DNA of 64,000 bases, from assembly GCF_018977255.1 (NCBI RefSeq), contig NW_024704752.1, forward strand, positions 7,750,001 to 7,814,000. Direction: 5' to 3'. Shown one piece after another: positions 13,031 to 27,060 of this stretch. Made by a program: the position numbers and the translations under genes. The DNA is from Callorhinchus milii (taxonomy: Eukaryota). Numbering within the stretch: position 1 is the first letter of the stretch; each line of letters opens with the position of its first letter. The notes below the pieces were generated by a model. The model worked only from the letters and a program-made list of their open reading frames with translations, had not been told where the DNA came from and made no database searches.

Positions 13031-16000
13031 ATCTTTTTGGGGGTTAGCTGGGTGTCTGGCAGATGTAGAAATATATATCAGGAATATGTCACCAAGCTAT
13101 TCGTAGTTCCACATATGTATGCTGTCTACACGGGTACATTTGTGTGGTATCTGTGAAGTGCTTTGAGACACTGATTATATTTGTTGAATCATATAGTTGA
13201 TTCAAATTTTAGCAGAAATAGCATACATTTATTAGAAATAGCAGTGGAAGACAATGGAAGCTACTGAAACCATCATACATGCCTACAACAATATTTGTGC
13301 TAAAATACAGAAGATAGCTGTTTGGCTTAACTTAAATTGATTTTCACCCTAACAGTTGATGTTTTGATCTATCCCTGGTCCTGTTTGACAGACCTAGGCC
13401 TAACACTATGTGGGAAATGGAGAACAGCAACAATTAAATGAAGTGTTACATTATACCATCTATCCCACAATATAAATTGTAAATGGAATGGAACATTACT
13501 GCACATGAAATGCTCCAGGCAGTATTTTTCTTCACTGTTGTAAGAAATAGTGCCATCAAATACAGAACCCATGAAACTGGCAAAAGTTATGATGCACTAA
13601 AGAGAAGGCAACTCTGAGGATAAGAACCATACGTTACTGAATATGTTGAATAATCAGCTGAGTCCCTCAAATATAATAGTCAATATCTCAAAGCATTTTC
13701 CAGAGACTACAGAAATGTATCTGTGTAGACAACATACATGCGTGGAACTATGAATGGTTTGGACACTTAAGGTTTGGACACTCTTGACGAATTGCATAAA
13801 TCGTAAAATCTGGTCTGTGTATCCATGAGGGTCTCACACATCATTATTTTCTCCACAATTTGTATATTCATACACTAGGATGCCCAAGAACATTAACTGC
13901 AAAATTGGGAAGCGATATCTGACATGTCTGATTTATACATTGGACTTGCATTTATCTCTAGAAGTATTACTAGCCAAAACTAGTATGTAGTATGCCATAA
14001 ACCATCATATAAAATCTGATTTAATCAATACTGTGCAATCATCTAATCTAATTCAATGCAGGTGCTGTGCTTTGTGACTGCAGCCAGTAAGTCATGTATA
14101 GGTATAGCTTATCTACCAGTGCTGATTAAACTGGGTTTAAGTTTCCCCTGTACCCCTGCCCAACAAATTAAGCAGGTCTTGCAGGTAGTTAAAGATGTGT
14201 GCCATTTTATACATGGAGCAATCAATGGATTACGCATGTACAGTAATTGCAAAATACCTGTAATTCCAAGCTGTGGGATACAAGACACACAAAACAGCAT
14301 ATTTGCAGCTTAAACCTTAATGATTACACTATGGAGTAACCGCACTATGGGTACACTATACACTGCATGGACTGGATTGTGTGCATCACACATCTAAGCG
14401 GTGCGTTAGCAAGAAGGCTAGTAAACGTTGGAATTTTTAAAGTACCTCTTTGAAGAGATTTACAAGGTGGTTCAGACAACATGGCTCCAGTTGCAGTAAT
14501 ATTTTTTATTTGTATTCCTCCCTCCAAAAATACAAAAGCAAAGTGCTTACAAAATACTAGTTACATTACAAACTGTCTTTGAAGCTCAGCGACCAAATTA
14601 TCTCAATTTGAAAAGAAAGGATTTTCTAAATCAGGAAACTTGGCACATCTCTGTAATTTTGTCCTTTAGATGTGGTTAAAGGAGTAAACCCTGACTGTTA
14701 CACTCCAGCTCCACAGCTCAGTGTTTCATTTTAACTGCTATCTTGTTCCCTGACCCACATTTACTGGTATTACTGACTGCACACTGAATTTATTGAATAC
14801 AAATGTAATATCAGAAAGCTAGAAAGGCACACATTATTTAAGACGGTTAAGGCTCATGAGAATGTTTCTCTTCCACATGAAAGGTTTGCCTTGTGACATC
14901 ATATTGATCAGTCTGTGTTGGTTTGGTTATAACTCTGATCTATTTTTTTTTCAGTTGGGCTAGGAAGCTGTAGTTAAAAGAAAATTCAATTTGGAGCCAA
15001 GATTCAAGTGTTACTGAGGTAGAATACGCAGCTTATATCATCACAGAATAAGGTTATATTTGAAAACCATTTTGAAATGTTTGATTTTCCAAAGATGACT
15101 TTCGAACATGACAGAGTGAATTATAGATTGTAAGATGCCTACATTCATGTACAAATACAGATCCTATTTGATATTGGTCTTGTGATCTTGTTTTCCATCT
15201 TCCAATCGAATGCTTTACAACAATATTGGGTTTCATTAAGAATATCCATGGTACAAAGGACATGAATATCATCTGTTCAATAATTTGGATGAGTTTCTCA
15301 TTGTACATTACGCTAGTAAAGAGAAACCATGGCCTGTGTACTGTATCTTGCTCCTGCATTGTTTTCTAAATCTTTAGGAGAAAGCTGTTCCTCATCTCTT
15401 TTTTCAGCGACAAGTTCAAGCTCTGGCAGATAACTCATGAAAAAGTCACTGTCCTCTGCCCCATTAATAGCAAAGAATATACTTCCCTAATCCAGCTCAG
15501 AATATTAGAAGCCACTAATTATCAACCTCTATTTGAATGGGGAGAAGTGGGCCACAGTCAGGTTTGTTACATTAGAGTTACCTAACAGCATGTGAATCGG
15601 TTTAAACTTTTTTTATTTATACATTTACTTGCTAAAGTGTGTGCTGCTGTTACACTGCCCTGCCCTCCTCTTCTCCCGCCCTATTGCTACCTCACCTCAC
15701 ACTATGTTATCCAATTAATAAAATATATCAAAAACAAAAATAAGCCTTTAAAGATAGAAACATGTATCGGCTAGAGAACCCCCACATATTGTGGCAGTGT
15801 TATCTCCCACATAGATCTGTGTATGCCCAACATAATCATGATCGTAAGAAAATATAAATTTTTCCTTTATTCCTGTAATCCCTTCTGCTCTCCTCTACTG
15901 GAATATGCTGCTCCATATTTGGAAAGGTAAAATCTTCCAGCCTCTGGAACCCTCTAGATATTATCAATGACCGTCATCCAAGACAGCAGGAGTTGTACTT

Positions 16001-16311
16001 TAGAGGAAAGCTTCATTCTCTGACACTGACATCCTCACTGAGACTTACAGGCTAAAAGAGAGATGTAAACTTAACAATTTAAGTCAATAATTCACTGCTC
16101 TGAACAGTCCATGGAGTGCTTAACTAAATATATTTACACATTTTGTGTAGTTCTTCAACCAAGAATGCATATTCAAATAAAATGGACAATAGTGTCCCCA
16201 ATGCTAAAGAGAAGCAAACAGGTTTTATAAAGAAAAGTGCAAGAGTGCAAATGGCAATAATATGGCACCCAACAAAAGACACAAGTCATCCACAAGGGGC
16301 GAGAAACAAAA

Positions 16312-16412
16312 TCATCTGGCAAATCGGTTCAGTCGTTGCTGCCTCATTTCCTCTTCACTCAAATGCCTTGGCGTCCGAACATTGTAATGCCTTCTGTCAT
16401 TGTGGGAACCTC
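16312..16412 (-). CDS. RHBDD1: RHBDD1 terminal coding exon (p97/VCP-binding motif, stop TGA)
   Basis: ttgcag|GAGGT; GGSHNDRRHYNVRTPRHLSEEEMRQQRLNRFAR*, matching the human VBM EEMRRQRLHRF. The six exons sum to 927 nt (308 aa + stop) with consistent phases. Confidence 0.92.
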
Positions 16413-17397
16413 CTGCAATCATATTACAAAATGAAAATGAGCTTCTTGGTTTAGGAGAGGATGATTCATGCTGCAAGCTCAGATATTTTGCTGTAAGATT
16501 TACTGCAGAACTAAAGTATTCATCCATGTGTATAAGCTTGGAGCTTGGCTTCCTGCACTTAGCGCATAAGCAAGGTATCAAGTGGTATCTTTGCAAATGC
16601 TGGAAACACAAGACCACTTGCCATCTTAAGAATTAACACCAGAAGCAACCATTTTATAGCACTCCCTGTTACAACATGGGGTTTGAGCTTATGGACTCAA
16701 ATGACCAATTATAATAGGTCAGCCTATATCAGAGATATATGAGAAGAAATTTTGAGTTTCTCTATTATCAGAAAGAGTAAAACTTATTGAGTTTATGGAA
16801 TCCAATCATTTCAATGAACCATTCCCAATCTGCAGTGTGAGATGCTCTCCCAAATTTAGATCTTGAGGGAGGTGAATAACAACTAAAAATCGAGGATAAA
16901 GATATAAAGAAATTACACGGCAAAAATATTCCCACAGTTATAAAACCTGCCATACAATAATAGTTCATCGCTTGCGTCAGTGGAAAACAAGCACATTTGG
17001 GTGCTTGTTTTCCCATTGACGCAAATGATGTGAGTGCTGAAGACGCAGGTCAGCTGATCTTATTTTGATTTTGGCAAACAAAGCAGGCCCAATAATGTGC
17101 TCAAGGTCATAACCAACAATAGGACGGGGAAAAATCAGGAGTTCAAATTATTGTTATCTTGCGATCGCCACTGATGGATGCACCACCCAACTGAAACTTG
17201 TGGGTTTTCAACTTGTTGGAATTATATTAACATTTGTTTTTTTGCCCATTAAGTTGACAAAATTGGTTGAAAATTTAATATAGAGTACTTGCATTTTTAA
17301 TCATAGTTCTACAACAAAATATTCCCAGCTATTGGAAAACTAAGTTATTTGGCCCCAATTATTTTCATTGTTCAACAGTGAAGAAATCTCTCCCAAA

Positions 17398-17735
17398 ACA
17401 ACAACAAATTACATTTTCACGTTGGGAGGATATCTCAAGATGCTGGACAGTCAGGGATTTGGGATCAGTGGGGGTGGAGGGCAGGGAGGGTGCCCGAAGG
17501 CGCGGTTGAAGAGGAGGGTCTCGATTCTGCTGCTGGACAGCCAACAGCGAGTACTACGGTGATATCACGGAGGATTCCCAGGCTGGAGCAGAGGGAGTCT
17601 GTGGGTCGGTCAAGTGGGAATAGGAGACGAGGAGGATGGAGAGAAGGTAGGACTGAGTGGGAATGGTGCAGGGTAGAGGACAGGGATGGAGGCATTTTGG
17701 GGGAAAGCAGCTCAGGCCAAAACATGCAAGCTGAG
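17398..17735 (-). mobile_element. L2-clade LINE 3' end
   Basis: Reverse complement of the 48400-type end (aacaacaacaaattacatt..., gagggagtctgtgg, ctggagcag). Confidence 0.75.
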
Positions 17736-19189
17736 ACTGGAGGCAGAGCAAAACAAAATTAGGGTGCATGTGGTTATAAGTACTTTCTGTAGGATTAAGT
17801 CCAGTAGATATGATTGTATATCCAATCCAAGGATAAGTTACTGATTGCCAGATGAGACACAACAGTTCAATGAGCCTACAGGCACGATTACAGCAACCAG
17901 TCTAACTCACTGCTCCACAACATCTAAAGCATTTTGGAAAAACATAGATTAAATGTCTGCTAAAGGTTCAGAAAGGAATACAATCGGATCTCCCTCCCTC
18001 AAAAAAATCTAAAGGACAATTTAGAAAGTCAGTTACACATGGGTTGTGTTGCTGCAGTCTGGGTTTGTTACATTGGAATAATAAGAGTGGATTTGTGAAG
18101 CTGCCCAGTGTACACAGAGATTGGGGCTCAGTATACAGGATTTACAAGGGTTGGTTCCTGGAATTACTCTATTATAAAATGAGAGCTTGAATCAATGCTA
18201 TGCAAAATTAATCAATGAGGCAGGTCTGCTTTATACCAACACTTTCAACCAAAGTGGATTGTACTAAAGATCTGAAGTTTGATTGCAGCCAAACTCTTGA
18301 TGTGCCCTTGAGCCAAGGCACGAAACCAAAAGGCAAAAAATTATACAATATGCAGGTCCACATGAAATTATTGACCACACGAATATAATGTTTTCTATTC
18401 CAAGTGAAGAACGTCCCATGTGCAAGGCAAGACTATCCTGCGTTTCATTCATCAAATGTTAAAGTAATCTCCTGAGTCATAAGAAAAGTAATGAACCACG
18501 CATACAACCACACTGCACTCTGGCTGTTCTTAATTGCTTCTTTAGGGTGTCTACCTCTCTTTAACATGGGTCTCTCTCACTTTTATTCGTCTATACAAAT
18601 CAACTTGTCTGCAAACCCCTCATTTATAATTGCACACCCACAATTACAGATTACATTCAGTTTGGGTCAGGACGACCTTACACAGAATGTAATCCCCCCC
18701 CTCCCTCTAACCACAAAATCTACAGACAACCATCATTTCCTCCTTCCCAACAATTTGTGCAGATAGTTTGAGCCGTGCCAATGCAGAAACCACTTTTCAA
18801 TTTTACAGCTTAAATCAGCAGATGTTTGTACAGTACTCACAGCCCCAAGGGGAAGCGAGGAGGGTTTCTGCCATCAAATGCAAAATTGGATTAAATGGTC
18901 CCTTCCCCCTCTCTCCCTCAACCCCATCATTGGACCAGTTTGTGTAATTACATAGGTAAATAATAAGAGTCTGGAGCATCAAAATAAATGTAGGCTGCTA
19001 AAACCTGTACTCAGGTTTACAAACTTTTTGTACAACCGTGGCGAAGTAAGCCAGCAATAGGGAACTGAAAGCTAGCTACTAAAATAATATTGTGCAGCTC
19101 AGACTGATGCAATGATACTGTGATCTCAGCTTTTATAGCATGTGGAGTTATCACATTTAAGTTGATGCCAATACCCTATCCAAGCATCC

Positions 19190-19670
19190 ATCGGGTCCAG
19201 GCTAAATTATGCCAACTCTCTGCTCGCCTAACCCTAACCCTCTTCCCATCACAAGCTGCAGACCATCCAGAACTCTGCAGCAAAAAACTTTTCCCGCACT
19301 AGGCTCTGTGAGCATTATCCCATCCTTGCCCAGCTCCACTGGCTCCCCGTCCTCCAGTAGATTGAGTTTAAGATCCTCATCCTAACCTTTAAATCCCTCC
19401 ATGGGACATACCCTACCTCTGAAACCTCCTCAAATCCTACCAACCCAGCCATCTCTTCACTCAGCAGGCATGACTGCTTCACAGACCCTACCTTCAGCGG
19501 TCAGGATTTCAGCATATCTGCCCCCACTCTCTGGAACGCCATCCCAGAGTCCCTTCCCTCAACTCCATCCCAGAGTCCCTACCCTCGCCTCCTTTAAGGT
19601 CTGCCTCAAGATCTTCATCTTTACCCGCGCTTTCCAACATCTTTCCACACCCTCACTCCCAGTCGTCACA
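19190..19670 (+). mobile_element. L2-clade LINE 3' fragment (decayed ORF2 end)
   Basis: Encodes decayed HIIPILAQLHWLPV..*IEFKILILTFKSLHG, the characteristic L2 ORF2 C-terminal motif, followed by a C-rich 3' region. Confidence 0.85.
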
Positions 19671-21544
19671 CCTTAAGCAAAGTCGATAATAATGTCGTCA
19701 AGACTCTTTCGCAGAAAACCAACATGTTTCAAGAGAAATTAACCGAAAGTAGGACATTAATGCCAGTGATGATGCTCACACAAAAAAAACTTTCCAAAGA
19801 ATGCCATCACTCTCTGAGTCAAAGACTATCCTCTGCCTTGAGGTCTCCTCTATCAGGAAGCTGGTCCCAGGATTATCATAATGTCACACTGTTAATCTGG
19901 ACATTAGTAGGCTGTTCAAAAGAAGGGGTCAAAATATGATAGTCATGAGCAGATCTAAAAGGGAGTTTAGGGGGAACTTCTTTACACAGATGGTGGTGAC
20001 AATGTGAAGCTCACTTACCGGAAGCTGTGATTGAAGCAGAAAGCATACACGAGGGAGAAGTGATGAGAATGTATGGGAAAGGGGATTAAGAAAGGGAAGG
20101 CTAATGTGGAGAACAAACCTACTAGTTGCTGTAATGATCTGTTTCTGTACTGTACCATTCTATGCAATTTTATGTATTCAAGCACCAGGGAACATAAGCA
20201 ACTTTTAGTTGAGGGGGAAAAGCAGGCAAAGCATCTGGTCTACACATGGCCTCCCACAACAGTTATAGGGAAACTAATTAACACACCACACAGGGCACTA
20301 GGACATATACAAATATTTATACTCACAGCATACCATCCCCAGTTTATTCGATAACACCTCTACAATGCCAACATATTGCTTGGTTTAGCGAATATCATAA
20401 CTGATCATTGTGTAATGGAAGAGTTAACATTTCTAGGTTAATGTAATCTGGATTTCATCTGAATGGATATGGAATTCCTGAGGCATTGCAAGGGACTGAA
20501 GAGCATGCAGTGCAGTCTCCAGTGGAGGCCCTATGTTTGTGTGTGCACACAGTGATTAGATCCAGATGTTTTCTAGCATCTTAATTAATGGGAGTATATT
20601 CTTTTCAACACAGACAAAACGATTACTGTTACCAAACCTAGGTCACACTCAAATAAGGACACTTTCTACAGCACTATAGAAGAACAAAATTCAGTTTTCA
20701 AATATTACAGTAAGGACACACTTTGTCAAAGCTTGCATGTAAAATGTAAAATATATACAGGTAATGTATATTGCCTTGCAGCTTGTAGGGGAATAATTTC
20801 AATATTGTTGGAGTTCAAGTCGTATTTCACATTAGTGGATGATATCATCACCATCTTACTGCCAATCTGCTTCAGATTCAAGACCTTTACATCTGACCAG
20901 TTTACCATCATTTTACTACTGCACAATCCACATTTTTGGATATTTTACTGAGGAATTGATATCTTTTGAACCTTTAATCACACCAGCTCACACTATTCCA
21001 GGAAGCAATCTGTTCCACAAGTCAATAAGTTTAAAGCATGATGTTATTCCTGCTGCAGGTTAAAATCAGCAAGGTAGATGGCCACAAACCAAATTTAAAA
21101 CCAACTTACTGTTGGCATCTCATATCTTCTGTATGGGATTGAAGGTTAGATAAAGCAACATAGCCCATCAAAAAGTTGAACCAATGCCATTTAAAATCCA
21201 TCACCAGGTAATTCAAAAGTAACCGACTTCAAATTCCTGTTGATCAGACACTGTTGACTACAGAGCAGACTTGTTGGGTGGGACATGCTGTTTTGATGGA
21301 AGACAGACTTCCCAAGGCCACAAGAGGTACAACAAGACCAAACTCAGCAAGTATCTGTGAGGTGAACATCTTGAACCACAGTACTTCAAGATATACAGTG
21401 ATATGATTGCAACCCAATTTATCATATCTACACACCGAGAAACTTTCCTCTACATATCCAAAAGACACATCTGTGTAATCACAAGACTTCCACACTCAAA
21501 ATAAATCAGGCCAGCTTTAAATCATGTCTTCACATAGAATTGTT

Positions 21545-22000
21545 GTCAGTTAGAACAAGCCTTTTTCACCTCAGAGATCGGAGTTAAAATCCAACCGATT
21601 GTCAGGTTGAACAATTGAAAAACGCTGAGAGTTGACAGTCGTCCCAAGTGAATGCATTTGGGAAGTCTCAACCCACTATGGGCAGAAACCACAGCACAAA
21701 ACTGCTCAAAATTTAGCAATCGCACCTCAGGATAGCAGTTGTGTGGAAAACTACGGCACCACTCTTGTGCTGTGGAGGATATATACCTATATAGAACTTT
21801 ACATCTGTCCTACCCTGAGATTGCTTGATGGGACAGTCTAGGGAGATCTTTACTCTGTATCTAACATGTGTCTGATCTAATCCAGACATCCTTGGTGGAA
21901 TCTTTACTCTGCATTTAACTTGTGATGTAGCTAATTTGGGATGTTTGATGGGACAGTGTAGATTGAACTTCACAATGTATTTAATCCATATTGCTGCAAG
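21545..22000 (+). mobile_element. Ancient SINE-like element with ~60-bp tandem-repeat tail
   Basis: gcctttttcacctcag...aaatccaac head, then 3-4 degenerate units of ctttactctgtatctaac...tttgatgggacagtgtag. Confidence 0.5.
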
Positions 22001-22243
22001 TGCTGATGAGGGCATTTTAGAGGATGCATTATTTGTACATAACTTGGAATAATCATTGTTGATATGCAGAATTAACACCACAAGAAAATGGACTTAGAGG
22101 CTACCAAATGTCTGGATAACCAGTGTGGATGTTATGATTGAATCCTTAGGCTTTCTTTAGTCACAAAATAAGCTCGAAACAAAGACAAACAATGGTGATG
22201 TAACACACACACACTAAATATTCACACATCAGATACTTTCTTA

Positions 22244-22707
22244 AGATGCATTAAACAACACTACAGAGCGAAGCCAAAGCAGTGTATGCCAGTGGTTAAG
22301 GTGCGTTTTAAAGATCCCAGGGTGCTATATGGAAGAAGAGTAGGTTCCTGCCTAATATTTCTCCCTCAACCAAATTTCACCAAAAAATTATTCAATGTAC
22401 AGATTGCAGTTTATGGTACTTTGCTAGTGCAGATTAGTAAGTCATTGATTGGTAACACAGTTTGCGTTTTGGCGTGATAAGATGCTACTACTAAAAACGT
22501 GTTCATTTTTTTCTCATCATCAATGGTATCTGAACAAGCCTCCATTTTGCCAGCAGGTGGCACTGTAGATGAACGTTAAGGAGATCCAAATGGAATCCGG
22601 GACAATGCAGTCAGCAAAGCCTTCAGCACAATAAGCAGATTCAGTTATTGTCCAAGAGATGCATTAAACAACACTACAGGGCGAAGCCAAAGCAGTGTAT
22701 GCCAGTG
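22244..22707 (+). repeat. 51-bp direct repeat pair (22244-22294 and 22657-22707, one mismatch)
   Basis: agatgcattaaacaacactacag(a/g)gcgaagccaaagcagtgtatgccagtg occurs twice, 413 nt apart. Confidence 0.92.
22548..22565 (+). promoter_or_regulatory. Candidate CTCF site in last RHBDD1 intron
   Basis: TGCCAGCAGGTGGCACTG fits CCAGCAGGTGGCAC. Confidence 0.55.
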
Positions 22708-25130
22708 ACCACTGCATTGTTGAGCTGGATTAGCAACTAAAGCAGGGATTAACTGCCGACTGCTAGCAGTTTCTGTGGCTTGTTTGTTCATCACAAAAAT
22801 GTGCAGTAGGGTGAAAGACCAATGGAATTCTCAGTAATCCTGAATGAATTGAGAACTCAAACCTGCTGAAATGCACTAGATTGTAAAAATGAAAAATAAA
22901 TAAAAAGTGATAAGTGGGCACATTCTGCGACGATTACTAACTAACTAACTTACTAACTTTGAAATACTCTCGGGCCAAACGTACGTTCGTCACAACACAA
23001 ACATTTTGTGTTATGAATAGTTGGTCGCCGTAAAAAGAAAAGGATTTGAACCTTGTCATTGGTAGAGTTGATTAGTGAGGAAATGGAACAAAGAGATTAA
23101 CAGAAAAAAAATCTGTGCTACCTAGAAGGCAAAAAACTACATTCTACACACATGCATTTTAATAAGAACAGAGAGGCAGGCAGTCTGCAAGTGTAAGCAT
23201 GTGATGTCCAACTACTAGAGAACAAGATCAGCAAAAGATTCAACACAAGAATGGAATTTAACACAAATGGTACTGAAACAACAGAACATGGGGCACCGGG
23301 ATGATTCCATGATTGCTGGTCAATATACCGACCAACAGAGAATAAGTCGGATTCTTCCATTAAGGGTGACTTCTCAAATTAGCTCAAGAGGTTTTGGGAA
23401 CAAAAGACAGCTAATAAGCCTTTAAGTCTTTTTTTTTGCCTGTTGGCTATCACATTCATATTACAGTATAAGCTTTCCTGTCTGTTACCTAGTATTACTG
23501 GTTGACCTCACTCAACTCTATTACATTTTTAATCTTGTATTTAAAAGCACTGAAGAAAATCCCCTCCCCCACACCCCATCCAATATTTGCAGACATCGGC
23601 TGCACAGAACTTGCATGCGAGAAACATGGAAACTCTGGGAAGTATAGTTTGGCAGTATTGTCATTAACCTCCCCCACTCTTTCTCAACTCCACCCAGGTT
23701 CTCTCTTTATTGCCTCCAACCAGATTTCTCCCAGCTTCATTTTATTATCAACACAAACCTGCACAGACTTGTGTTTTTTAAAAAAAACGAATTTAGTTTT
23801 TTTTTAATAGTTTTAATAGCTGCGAGATGTTACACTGCGTGAAGGGTGCTACATAAATCCAAGTTGTTGTGTGTGCTGATCAAGGTGCAGGATATATTTG
23901 GAGGGGTTGGGCATTCTAAAACTGTAAGAACACTCCCTCAAATAATGAAATGCTTGGGGAAGATGGCATTTTGCAGGCAGAGTGTAGAAGGAGCAGACTT
24001 GATGAGCTAATTACCCTTTTCTTGTTCCATGCTGTTTATGTTCTCATGCAAACATATTCCGCCTTCATTATACATCATAACAACAGCAAAGTTCCCCACT
24101 AGTTCACGGGCTTTGACTTAATACATACAACTTCCACCACATAATTCAGATCTTTGCCTATTTTTCTATCCAACAATTTAACATTTTTAGCTCTCGTCTT
24201 ACTCACCGAGACAGGAAGGAAAAGGAAAAGCCATTAGTCCCTAAATAAATCTGTGTTTTTGCTTCTCAATCATTACTATTTCCTGCTGCAGTCAACAAAG
24301 TGCTACCTCCAGTTCTGCACTGGAGTCCCATCCTGGAGTTCAAGTGCTGATTTTAGATAGCTCTTGGTTTAATGTAAGATTCAGCAGGTATGGATTCCAA
24401 AATAGGGCTCAATTTGTTAATTTGATTTATTTGTAAATAGAACACAGCTTTGAGGATTTCTTGGTCCAATGTCATTACATCATCTCCAAAAGGAAATTGT
24501 TAGGATAAAATTTACTTGACATCTGGGCTATGTGGCATTGCTTTTACGATGCTGTTGAAAGCTGAATCACTGCTGCTGGGCATTTTTTTCCATTGAACTA
24601 TCAGATAAATGTACATTTTAATAGTCCAGCTGCCAAGTGGTTCTCAAAAAGGCTGATGTGAAAGGCTAACCCCAACACATGATCAAAGAATGCCTCACCC
24701 AGCAGGTGCACAGGCCCCGCACATCAAAGGAAGTGCTGGTAACTCGGTATTCATCTACATGTATTGTATACCACCTTGAAGTGGTTGCAATCAAATAAGG
24801 TTTTAGTATAAAGTTTCCAGATGATCCATCACTAATGTGGCCGAGGAGGGAAACAATGAGACTGGAATTGGATCAGTATTACTTCCTTCATAATACTTGT
24901 GGAAAAACACATAATACAAGGTATTAAGACAGAGGGTTTGAAATAAATTCACAAACTGTGATGGAAATTACTTTCTCAGAACACAGCACTATCCTGGGAT
25001 TTTACGGATAGTATTCGGAGCGCTACCTGTAACTTCCAGAGGTCGGCCATCATTTGACTTTGTTGCTTGATAGACATGGAGATAAAACACAAGATAGGAA
25101 AAGACTTCTGCAGTCCATCTGCAGTCCACT

Positions 25131-25519
25131 GGAGTCCCGCAACCTAGGTTAGAGCACTTAACAATAAATAATCCTTGCCTCTTATGTGAGAGGACCCGGG
25201 TTGGATTCCTGGGTGAAGCAAAACCTTAGGCAAGTTTCCTTACTCCACATGCCTCTGTTTATCCGGCAGTAATTCGGAACCCAGGTGTTAGTCGAATGGT
25301 GGATCGCTTTCCGGGGGTAATAATCCATCCAAAATTGTTTTAAAAAATTGGTTACTGAATCCACGACAGTGTGTGGGACACTGCGGTGCGCAATTGGCTG
25401 CCACGTTTCACCCACAAATACACAGTAAATTCACTTTACAATATATTTTGTGAGGTGTATTGAGACATCTCGACAATATGATAAGGCTCTATCTTTTCAA
25501 TTTCAAGGATTATTATTAT
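25131..25519 (+). mobile_element. Longer-subfamily SINE
   Basis: GGAGTCC head, aaaccttaggcaagtttccttactccac, tgtgggacactgcggtgcgcaattggctgcc, caaggattattatt tail. Confidence 0.85.
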
Positions 25520-26259
25520 CTGTCTGGTCACCAAGTTAAAGAATACTATTTTGTATTCTTCAGTTTGTTCCTTGCTAAAACTCTATCGAGCTCTTTCTCA
25601 TATTTGCTTCCACGATGCCCTCAAGGAATCAATCGCATATGCACCTTTGGATTTAAGTAATGAAATCCAAGCTGTCCATTCGCTCTTTCAAGATGGAGAC
25701 TGTCCCCACTCGTAGTCACCTCCAACATATTACTAAAAATGAGAAAAGGTGATACACCCCACTCCTTCCGCAGACATGCACAACCTACCCTATTATGGAC
25801 TTCATCCCACCTATATTTCCAGAGGAGGCTATTACGTGAAGCCCAAGGTCAGCTGCACTCTCTGTCTTCCAATCCTATTCCCAAACTATATTTACACAAA
25901 TTACATTTAAAATCAGGTCACAGCCTGGGTTAGTACTGACCAGCATCTGGTTCAGCCCATTACAAACTGTATGCAGTGTAAGGTGAACAGGATTTCTTTT
26001 AATAAAAGGAGTGTCAAACCTGTAGCAAAGTTTGCAGCAGTCAACAATTTTGTTCAAATTTTGGACAAATTCACTTTTTGGCCTTTTGTGACCTCCACTG
26101 TCAATGCTACCAACATAAATAATTTAGGGCATCATTGGTGAACCATTGACGGAGCCCTGGTTGCTGTATACCTAAATGAAGAAAGGACTGGAATTGCCAG
26201 GAAAGAAGGTGATCTTATTCATAAGCCAAAGGAGGACACAGCTGGGATGCAAGACTCAC

Positions 26260-26450
26260 TAGACTAGTAGGCTAAAGAGAACACAGCACTTGCATTGTAT
26301 ATGACACATTAAATCAATTTCTTCAGCAATCTTCAGAATGCTTCTGAAGGGTCGCACCTGAAACATTAACCTATATTTCTCTCTCAGGTGTTGATTGACC
26401 TTGCTGTCTTTCCCAGCATTTTGTGATTTTATTTCAGAATTCCACATTTG
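26260..26450. mobile_element. Short retroelement terminal fragment (Penelope-like)
   Basis: gaagggtcgcacctgaaacattaac...tctctc..gtgttgattgaccttgctg...ccagcattttgtg, a terminal motif recalled from chondrichthyan repeats; not verified. Confidence 0.4.
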
Positions 26451-27060
26451 CCATTGTTCATTTGATCCCCATCAACTCGTTGCTTACTTCAGTCTTGGTG
26501 AACTAATGCTGCACTGACCTGTGAACCACTTGTGTGTGTTAAAATATTGCAGAAGCAGAACCCAGGAGACTGCAAACGTCTGCAGGTTAACTGTGTGTCT
26601 CTGATGATTACAGAGAGTAAACGCTAAAAATATTTCCAGCTTTAAAGAGGATCCTTTTTTTAAAAAAAATCAGCTACAAAGAGAATAGAACATTTTCTTC
26701 ATCTGGCTTGGGTTGGGCGGGCAGAAGAAAAACTGCTCATTAGATTTCCGACAACCAATCTCCCAACAGTTGAACTAACTGGTCGATGCAATTTACTGAA
26801 TTTATTGTACATTTTTATTCAGAACTATGCAATCATTTGATGAAAAATGTTTGTGCCAAGCTTTAAAAAACATGCGTATCTGCCCTCTCTTAAAAATGAT
26901 AACAGCCTACCTTAAGGCAGGAGGGTAAAATGATGCCCCTTATGCTGAACCTCGATACACAAGTCTCCTGCAATGCCTTACACCAGGTTCTTAGAATTAT
27001 TGCATTTAAAAGTGGAAATAAGGTGGACCCAGAGGAGTCTCTATAGTGACAAGAGCTTAC

